Shown here: piece after piece, positions 54,740 to 64,000 of the stretch
How the letters are laid out: each line of letters begins with the position of its first letter
How positions within the stretch are numbered: the first letter of the stretch is position 1
Assembly: GCA_951406725.2 (NCBI GenBank)
Contig: OX597834.1
Coordinates: 19,778,001 to 19,842,000 of the forward strand
Direction of reading: 5' to 3'
From: Octopus vulgaris
Lineage: Eukaryota
Length of the DNA stretch: 64,000 nucleotides
Program-made: the position numbers and the translations under genes
Notes under the pieces: model-generated
What the model was told of the DNA's origin: nothing
The model's database searches: none
The model's input: only the letters and a program-made list of their open reading frames with translations

Positions 54740-54785
54740 CCACTACAATTGTTTCGTGTCTCTTCTAAGGACATTCATCAGGTGG
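54740..54785 (-). ncRNA. Type-I hammerhead ribozyme motif with canonical core
   Basis: CCAC-CTGATGA-ATGTC cttagaaga GACAC-GAAA-CAATTG-TA-GTGG: stem I CCAC/GTGG, stem II TGTC/GACA, palindrome ACAATTGT, GUA site; A.C mismatch at 10.1/11.1. Confidence 0.8.
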
Positions 54786-54922
54786 TTTTCAGATCTTCTA
54801 TTCAATTTTAAGTTATGAAGTAACTCTAATTAATATTATATAATATTTTACTATAAAATTGGATTCAATCCTAAATCTGATTTTTCCCTGTAAATTTGGA
54901 TTTATTCCCTAATATTTATTAT

Positions 54923-54965
<43 letters not shown>

Positions 54966-54968
54966 TAT

Positions 54969-55002
<34 letters not shown>

Positions 55003-56231
55003 GACTACCCATGACCCATTGGACCACCTGGGAAGTCTGAGTTTCCCAGCAATGGAATTTTGTTTTGTGGGAATTTTTCTTTTCCATGTTATTTCACATG
55101 CTTTCAATGAATGTGACATCAAAATCATGTGTAAGTGGCTCCTTTCCCCAGAAAAGGAAAGATTTGGTTGCTATTTCTTGCACGCCCTGCAACCATGTAA
55201 CTGGTATTTCGAGTCCTTTATCACAAATAGCTGTTATGTGGTAGTAGGGTGGGCTAGAAATAGCAGCCAAATATTTGGCGGTAAGATATGCTAAATGCAC
55301 TCAAAAGAAACCTATGGAAAAAAACTATTTTACACTGAAGTTATAAACAGGTCTTTTACGAAATATTTACCGTGTTCTTGAAGTCATTTTCACTTCAAAT
55401 ATTTTGCCCATCATAATGTGTCTAATGGAAAGGTTAAAGTTTCTTCTCTTTCAGGGTTAAGTTATTTTCGGAGTATTTTCCCATTATGCTCCAGTTTGGC
55501 AGTGTAACATTGCAAGCAAGCAGGCAAGCAAGCAAGATTGAACTTCATTTTTAATGTATTATAGATATATAATGTATTATAGATATATAAATGGCGGTGC
55601 CCCAGCATGGCCACTGCTTGTGAGCTGAAACTTAATAAAAGAAAAATTTTTTAAAATATATCTATGTATGTATGTATGTATGTATGTATATGAAGGCATA
55701 AATGAACACACACACACATGTATGTATTTATATATATATGTATATGAAGCTATAAATACATATATGTGTGTGTGTGTGTATGCATGTATATATAGGTATA
55801 AGTATATACACACACACACACATACGCACACATATGTAAGAGAAAGAAAAGGTGTGGAGGGGAAGGAAGAAGTCAGAGAAACATTTATCTCTTCAGCTTC
55901 AATCTTGCAGGAAAAATAAAATAAGAATTCAGATCAATTTTCTAAATTGAATTTCCAATTTTTGTTGTTGTTGTTGTTGCTAGAGTATTAAGCGAGAGCA
56001 GCAGCAGTGGCAGTAGCAGCAGCAGATACTTTGCATCAGCAATTATAAGAATGTCTACTAAGTTTGCTGTGATGACTTTCTTTGGTGGAGAAGTCTACCA
56101 TAACACTGTTGTGCAATAAAAGGTTGGAGGAACTTGGCTCAGCTCTTGCTTCATAATTCATCAATTCAAGCTGTTGTCTTCCCCCATCACTATTGCTGTT
56201 ATCGTCATCATCGTAGTCGTCGCCGTCGTCG

Positions 56232-56377
56232 TCTTCTTCTTCTTCTCCTCCTCCTCCTTTTCCTTCTTCTTCTTCTTCTTTTTCTTCTTCTTCTTCTTCT
56301 TCTTCTTCTTCTTCTTCTTCTTTTTCTTCTTCTTCTTCTTCTTTTTCTTCTTCTTCTTCTTCCTCCTCTTCTTCTTC

Positions 56378-56409
<32 letters not shown>

Positions 56410-56590
56410 CTTCTTCTTCTTCTTCTTCTCCTTCTTCTCCTCCTCCTCCTCCTTCTTCTTCTTCTTCTTCTTCTCCTCCTCTTCCTTCTTCTTCTTCTTC
56501 TTCTTCTTCTTCTCCTTCTTCTTCTTTCTTCTTCTTCTTCTTCTTCTTCTTCTTCTTCTCCTCTTCCTCCTCATTCTTCTTCCTCCTCAT

Positions 56591-56622
<32 letters not shown>

Positions 56623-56629
56623 TTCTTCT
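56232..56629. repeat. (TTC)n/(TCC)n polypyrimidine tract, ~400 bp
   Basis: Directly visible; source of the poly-E/K/F/L pseudo-ORFs. Confidence 0.95.
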
Positions 56630-56665
56630 TGTGCCTAGAGTAGAAAAGAATATATTATAGCTTCA

Positions 56666-57080
56666 ATGCAGTGAGCTGGCAGAAACGTTAGCATGCCGGG
56701 CGAAATGCTTAGCGGTATTTCGTCTGCCGCTACGTTCTGAGTTCAAATTCCGCCGAGGTCGACTTTGCCTTTCATCCTTTTGGGATCGATTAAATAAGTG
56801 TCAGTTATGCACTGGGGTCGATGTAATCAACTGAATCCGTTTGTGTGTCCTTGTTTGTCCCCTCAGTGTGTAGCCCCTTGTGGGTAGTAAAGAAATAAGA
56901 AATGTTAGCATGCTGGGCAACATGCTTAGCGGTATTTCGTCTGTCATTATGTTCTGAGTTCCGATTCCACCGAGGTCAACTTTACCTTTGATCCTTTCAG
57001 GATCAATAAATTAAGCATCACTTGTGTCCCAAGTTCAACCTAATTGACTGCCCCCACCCTTGTGCCTAGAGTAGAAAAGA
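56666..57080 (+). mobile_element. Two tandem family-B SINEs
   Basis: Heads at ~56668 and ~56898. Confidence 0.85.
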
Positions 57081-57458
57081 ATGTTTATTCCAGTCCTTTA
57101 TGTCATGTATCTCCTCTGAAGCAAAACACCTGTACATGCCCCTCTATCATATTGTTAGCATTTCAACACCTGGAACACAGCCCCTCACCTCCATCTTCCT
57201 CTTCCAAATACTTCTTCTTAGTAGTTGGAGCTTTTTTCTCCTTTTCTTCATTCTCCTCTGTTATTTTCTGTCTTACAAGTTACTCAATAACCTCGTTAGT
57301 GCCAGTGGCACAAGAACAAAAAAAAAAGTATAGACGCATCTCGAACTCTCAGTAAAATTATTGGTATTAATTAGGATGGGTTTCCAGCGGTAGAAACCAT
57401 GTCAAAAATGACATTGGAACACAATGCAGCCCTGTAGTTTGCCAGTTCTCCAACAAAC

Positions 57459-57691
57459 CTATTTCTTTACTACCCACAAGGGGCTAAACACAGAGAGGAC
57501 AAACAAGGACAGATAAACGGATTAAGTCGATTACATCAACCCCAGTGCGTAACTGGTACTTAATTTATCGACCCCGAAAGGATGAAAGGCAAAGTCGACT
57601 TCGGCGGAATTTGAACTCAGAACGTAACGGCAGATGAAATACGGCTACGCATTTCGCCCAGTGTGCTAACGATTCTGCCAGCTCGCCGCCT
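57459..57691 (-). mobile_element. Young family-B SINE inserted into a family F tail
   Basis: Reverse complement of 56666-56897; TTCTCCAACAA duplicated at the flanks. Confidence 0.85.
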
Positions 57692-58604
57692 TTTTCTCCA
57701 ACAACAAACCGTCCCACCCATGCCAGCATGGAACGTGGACATTAAATAATGACGATAAAGAGATTAGCAGGTAAGCATTGGTGAAATTCTCTCCATCTGT
57801 TCTGGATATTTTATTGGTCAGAGGTGAGTAGTGAGGTGAGACAATAGTCTATGCTGGCCTGTAAAAACACTTAGTGAAAGCATGGCTCATATTACTAAGC
57901 AATTCACACTTGTGAGTGACAGCTGTGCTTCACACACACAGATATATGTATGTATGTGTATGTATGTGCAATAAGTATGAGTATATCTGTGTGTATGTAT
58001 AATATTCTAATTATTTCTAAATTCTTCTTGCAAAATGAAGTATTTATTACCTTTAAATATCTTTATGTAAATAACCAAAATATCAATTTATATTTAGAAT
58101 AATTTTTTGATTAACTCTAATTATATTCAAATGGTATCGTTAACAACACTCATGAAGCATGCATTATTTCAAGATAATGAAGTGTGTCGTTATCTTAAGA
58201 TATCTCATGGTAGTTATATCATGTTTCAATTGCTTTCTGAATGATTTTCTTCAGCTATATGGAGATCAGTTATAATATCTTTATAATGATATCTGTCATA
58301 AAAATACTATAATGTAGATATGATATCATTTCTGAAAGTTTATAATTTCCATTAGATATCTCACATTTTCATGTCACAATGATTCTTTTAAAATGATTTG
58401 ATTGAACATGTGATTCCCTTAGTAATCACGGGTATTATAAGGGAGATTATGAATCTTTTTTTCATTGTAATATTTAGTGGGATTAAAAATTTGAATGTGA
58501 AATTAAGGAGTTGTAAGGAAAAAGATACCTAAAATTCACACATGTAATTTATTTTTCTTTGCGAATTTCTTAAAATTTCAAGAAATTCTATGTAAATTCA
58601 TCGT

Positions 58605-58789
58605 TAAATTCCCTTAACTGGTGCGGTTAGTTGTTAGGGTGCCACTCTTGGTGCCTTAGCAGTCAGCCGTCACCACTGGTTCCTGTTCTTTGCCATGCAT
58701 AGCTGGGTGGTTGTGTTGTGACCTGTCCAGTCCTTGATGGTGTCAGACCAGTATTTTTTCTGCCTGCCTGTTTTCGCCATCAGCCAGCT
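58605..58789 (-). mobile_element. RTE LINE extreme 3' fragment; inverted partial copy at 59587-59662
   Basis: GRQKKYWSDTIKDWTGH..AKNRNQW fits the RTE ORF2 terminus. Confidence 0.7.
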
Positions 58790-60431
58790 TACTTACTACA
58801 TTACTATAATAATAATAGTAGTAGTAATAATAAAAATAAAAATAATAGAAGCAAAAATAGAAGAGTGCCATTATTATCGAGTGAACGATATTTCGACATA
58901 TCACGCGTCTTCCACAGGTTCAATAAATTAACTTGTCAATCTGTTGAAATATCATTCACTTGATAACAATAGCACTCTTACATTTTTGCTTCTATATCTT
59001 CTGGAGGAGTTACCTCACTAATAATAATAATAATTACGCAAAATACTTTCTTTGTAATCTCAAGATTTAAAACAAACATAATTTTCGTATGTTTTTTTAG
59101 GCATTCACTAGTACAACACTAAGTACAAAACCAAATATATGGCACCCTAGGCATAACACCAACATGAACTTCCAACTTGTTGTCTCTTGAGGTCTCTGGG
59201 TGAGACTTGGAGCCAGCTTGTGCAAATGTAAAGCAAAAGTCAAACATAGAATGATAATAATATTAATAATAGTGATGATGATGATGATGATGATACAGTT
59301 GCAGCAGCAGCAGCAGTGGGTTATCATGCTGCAGTGCTAAGCAGTGGTTCTCATGTCTTCTGGTCTTAATTGACCGGAAGTGTTAATATGTTCACAGCAG
59401 ATTTTGTCTTGGTGTAAAAGATGGGCTACAACAAATATTCTGCTCAATACCACATATTTGCTTGTCAGTTGCTTGACTTTAACCAGTTGAGATCCTTCTT
59501 AAGAAAACAGTTGGCAATAATTTGAGGGATGTTTAGTTGTTATTTCTAGCTTATGAACGACGTAAGTTGGATGAAGGTTTGACCAGAGCTGGCTGATGGT
59601 GAAAGACAGACAGACAGAAAAAATTCTGGTCTGACAACATCAAGGACTGGACAGGTCACAACCATATTAGATAAGGAGTACAACGAACACTAGCTTTGGA
59701 CAGAAAGAAAGCAGGAAATGAAAAACGTGATGGTCATGGTTGGAACACATTTTATCAAAGTTCTATGTAATCAGGGCAGTCCTGATTGAACTGACCCCTT
59801 TTTAAAGGTGTCAAAAATAATATTAACCAAAGACAATGAGGAATTTTCTATGTGGTTACTTGACCTGCAAGAAATATCAGCTAAATCTCCTTCATATCAC
59901 ACTAAAACATCAGCCTTTAAAAAAGGGGAGAACACGTTAGGGAATATAATCATAGTTATACAGTCTACAAGAAAAAAATTGGTAGTTTTGTCATGGCTGG
60001 AATGCTTTTGGTTATTGGTTTAATTGATCAGAGACAAACAGGGGCCAAACTACAACAATAACAATTTGCCTGTTTTGTACAGTGGATAGTTTCCCCCCTC
60101 ACTATCCAATGTTTTAATCAATCCTGTATCATATTACATTCAATTAAGTGAAAACAAAACAGTAATAAAAAAAAATAAATAAATAGTTTATCTTGATTTT
60201 TTCCATATAAAACAATGATTCTGTCCACATGGTCGAAAGCTTATGGCTTATCTGATTGTTACCATTTCAAATACAAAATGTGTCTATTTTTAAATACACA
60301 AGATGCATTCCAAAAGTTTTGAAACTATTTTACGAGTACCCTAGATTTGTGTTATTTTAGATTATAGCCAATATAATCTAATATGCTGACTTTCCAGCAT
60401 TTTTTAATTCCAGATTGAAGGAGATGCCTGT

Positions 60432-60952
60432 CACATTGGCATGGCTTGGCTTCGTGAACGAAGATCAGGAAGGCTGTCCATGTTGCATGCATGCACGCTC
60501 ATTACTGACAAGTCCAATATGGGAAAGGCAGGTCCGTGAGCAGTGTCCACAGATGAAGGTAACATCCGGTGTCGTGTCAGAGGTGGCTCGCACCTTCCTC
60601 CTGCGTCTCTTGTCTTTAAGTGTGTCTCTTCCTTGTTCCTCAAACTTGCTGATTGCATTGAAGATCGTGTGGCGCCAGACATCACGGTCTGCAGCCAGGT
60701 CTGACCAGCATTGGTGGTTAATTTGACATGCTGTTAGAGACTTCTTGAGGCAGTCTTTGTAGCGCTTCCTTGGAGCTCCTCTCACTCAGTGGCCAGTGGA
60801 GAGTTCGCCAAACAGGGCAATCTTTGGAAGGCGATGGTTCTTCAGTAGGTGGTTCTTCAGTAGCGTGGCTTCAATGCTGGGGATCTTGGCCCGCTCCAAG
60901 ACTTCAATGGTTGTGACGAAGTCACTCCAGTGAATGTTGAGAATGGTGCGGA
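60432..60952 (-). mobile_element. RTE-clade LINE 3' end with a single terminal zinc finger
   Basis: ILNIHWSDFVT..RLPKIALFGELSTG..RGAPRKRYKDCLK..DLAADRDVWR..FICGHCSRTCLSHIGLVSNERAC. Confidence 0.9.
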
Positions 60953-61096
60953 ATCCTACTGAACGCTACTTGTCAGAGCTGACTGGTTTTCAGAATACTG
61001 TCAAGATGTAAACAACATGGAAGCTTGCAATGCAATAAAACTTTGTGTTAAATTGGACAAAAATGCTTCAGACACTTACAAAATGCTTATGATGTG

Positions 61097-61390
61097 AAGG
61101 CACATGGCCTAGTGGTTAGGGCAGCTGACTCATGGTTGAGGGATCGCAGGTTCGAATCTCAGACCGGGTGATGTGTGTGTTTATGAGTGAAACACCTAAG
61201 CTCCATGTGGCTCTGGCAGAAGGTAATGGCAAAATTCTGCTGACTCTTTCGCCACAGCTTTCTCTCACTCTTTCCTCCTACATCTTGCAGTTCACTTATG
61301 ACTGACCGGCGTCCCGTCCAGGTGGGGAACCTATACGCCAAGAAAACCGAGAAACTGACCCTTATGAGCCAGGCATGGCTCAAGAAGGAA
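61097..61390 (+). mobile_element. SINE family E with TSD
   Basis: Pol III boxes TGGCCTAGTGG / GGTTCGAATCTC; AAAATGCTTATG on both sides. Confidence 0.87.
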
Positions 61391-62005
61391 AATGCTTATG
61401 GTGGATTAATTTGTATGAGCTGAGCATCTGCTTTTTGTTGGCACAAAAGGCCAGGCAAACCAAGTCCGCTGGGAAGCTCATGGTGATCCTCCTTTTTGAC
61501 AGCAAGGGCATCTCCTGCATCCACAAGTTTCCCTCTGGTTGGATGGCCAACAAAGAGTGCTTTGTGGAGGTTTTGAATGAGTTCTGGAACAGATTTCATC
61601 ACAGAGTGTTAGAGTACCTGTACCAGGACAATACACCAGTCCCCAATTCCATCCTGGTAACCAACTACTTGACAGAAATAGACATCAAAACGGTCCCTCA
61701 CCCACTGCCTCTTATGGTCCTGACTTTGTTCCCTGTTCCTCAAACTGAAGGAGAAGATGGAGGAGGTTGTGGCAAAGATCCTGGACACCTTCAGTTTGGA
61801 AGGGTTTAATGGGGTCTTCATGGCTAGATGCATGGTGTTGAGCATGCAGTGTGTTGAAGCAACTCAGAGTTGTCATTTACCGGTAGTATGCTGGTAGTAT
61901 GTAAACACACACACACACACACGTGCACACACACACTTATCTATATATATAAATATACACATAGGTAAAAGAATATAAATAGGTACCCAATTTTTTTCCC
62001 TCCAC

Positions 62006-62036
<31 letters not shown>

Positions 62037-62163
62037 CTTTAATTAAAAGCATATTACTCTACCCCTGGTATTTGAGTACTCTTTTTTCCACCTTGTTTCA
62101 CATTTATGTTTACTCCGGTATATATATATAAAGCTTCCCGTTATATATATATATATATATATG

Positions 62164-62195
<32 letters not shown>

Positions 62196-62986
62196 TGTAT
62201 GTATGCATGTATGTGTGTATGTATATATATTTATAAATGTGTATGTATGTAGCTATTTATCACCAACATATCTCTCTTGTTACAGATTAGGTTCAAACCA
62301 GATCAATAACCAAAATAAGATCAGCAGACCCGTTCATTGTTTCCTTGTTGCTGTTTTTTCCCTCTATTGATCCGATCCTTACTAGATTACTAAGTCAGCC
62401 ATTGTTTCTTCTTTTTTTTTCTTTTCGTTTGTTTCACTTACTTTTTTTTTTCTTTTTTGTTTTTCATTCTTCTTTATCATATTAACGATCAGATCAATAA
62501 ATAGTATCCTGTAATATTCAGTCAATGATATGTTCCGCTATTAACTTCTTAATCAATTAAATGTCGGAAATTTGGTTTAATTTTCCAAGATAGCAATCTG
62601 GCTTGTTTATAAAAAAACAAAGCCGAAAAATATCCCACTTGTGTTCTAACGTGATTGTACATGTATGGGATTTACATGGATTTTGTGGGAATTACATGTG
62701 TGTGTGTATGTGTGTGGGAATGGATGTGAAGGTATGTGCAAGTGTGTATGTATGTGTATGATTCTGTGTGTGTGTGCGTGTTTGTATTTGCTTGGTGTGG
62801 GATGCATGGGGGAATGTGTTACATGTGAGTAAACCACATTTAAAAGACGGCTTAAAAGCTATAAAAATAAAATAGGTCCATATACCAAACACTTTTATAT
62901 TTATAATGTATAGAGATCTATCTATCTATTTATCTATCTATTCATATATATATATATACATACCTATATATATATATATATATATA

Positions 62987-63090
62987 GTTAATCCAAACAA
63001 GAAAACACAGAAAAAAACACAGCAACGCGAGGACGTGGAACAAATAAAGTATTATTTGACGCTCAGGAAAGAAGGGAAGGAGGGTTTTAT
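62987..63090 (-). mobile_element. Short Penelope-like tail remnant lacking the hammerhead
   Basis: GTATTATTTGACGCTCAGGAAAG resembles GTATTAGTATGGCGCTCAGGAAA of 3545-3567; (TA)n flanks. Confidence 0.5.
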
Positions 63091-63114
63091 ATATATATAT
63101 ATATACATACATAC

Positions 63115-63153
<39 letters not shown>

Positions 63154-63154
63154 C

Positions 63155-63185
<31 letters not shown>

Positions 63186-63423
63186 GCACCAGGATGGCCA
63201 CAGACCTAACACTTATATGTGTGTGTATATGTGGGCATGTGTATGTGTATAGGTATATATATATACGTATGTGTGTCTATATATATGTGTGTGTATGTAT
63301 ATATACATATGTATATGTATTTGTGTTTATGCATATATGCAGTATGTATGTATGTGTGTATGTATGTATGTATATATGTATGTATGCATGTATGTATGCA
63401 TGTATGTATGCATGTATGCATGC

Positions 63424-63456
<33 letters not shown>

Positions 63457-64000
63457 TGTGGGTCATGTTTGCCAGTGTTTCTCAAACATGTTTTGATTTT
63501 ATGGTACCACAGAGATCAAACAGAAAATTATAGCTGCAATTCACATGGTAAGTTTAACAAAAAAATTAACAAAAAAACCCCCAAAGGAACTGTTTTGAAG
63601 TTAAAAAATATGCAAATACAAAATAAATGATAAATAACAAATATAGAAAACATTATTTTATGGAACATTTATGTGTGCAACAAAATTAAGAACCTCACGT
63701 TTTCCATTCCAAGCCACTCAACCATTAGTAAGAATGTTCTAATGCATTACGTTATCTTTTTAAAAATCTTCAGTGCATGCTTGATGCCTCGACTGCGCTG
63801 CACCAGTGTGGTATGATGCACTGTTTGACAACCATTGGTGCATTGCACCCGTGATGTGATAGAAATCTTGAAAAGAAGGATTATTGTGCTTAGTCGTCAG
63901 ATGCAAGTGAGCAGGTACCTGGAGGATGGTACCACATTTTTTATAATTATTTCAGGTACCTGTTATAGTAGGTGAGCTACACACCCTATAGGCAGGGCTG

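Larger units (their letters stand above)
60296..61860 (+). mobile_element. Decayed mariner transposon interrupted by an RTE fragment and a SINE
   Basis: TIR-like ATGCATTCCAAAAGTTTTGAAACT; NAIKLCVKLDKNASDTYKML; KARQTKSAGKLMVILLFDSKG...NKECFVEVL...QDNTPVPNSILVTNYLTEIDIKTVPHP. Confidence 0.85.

Noticed and set aside
63841-63862. miR-92-like seed ATTGCAC
   Set aside because: The rest does not match miR-92 and it does not sit properly on a hairpin arm

Overview
This is AT-rich, repeat-saturated animal nuclear DNA, most likely an octopod cephalopod. That is an inference from the dense (TA)n/(CA)n/(TACA)n microsatellites and the tRNA-derived SINE families. I found no host protein-coding exon, so the window is probably intergenic or lies inside a large intron. 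Almost all ORFs in the track are microsatellite artefacts. The supportable content is: decayed retrotransposons (RTE, CR1/L2, R4/Dong, Penelope-like), mariner relics, hAT-like and TTAA MITEs, at least five SINE families, and a decayed cox1 NUMT. The most interesting signals are (1) five Penelope-associated minimal type-I hammerhead motifs sharing a U at the normally conserved core A6, plus one near-canonical and one decayed hammerhead of other families; (2) an RTE ORF2 ending in three C2H2 zinc fingers; (3) a tandemly amplified H-type pseudoknot module in an RTE 3' UTR; (4) recurrent fold-back inversions, several hinged on (TA)n; (5) a cluster of RFX X-box motifs in unique DNA. Repeat boundaries were read by eye and are approximate. 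Family letters A-F are my own labels.
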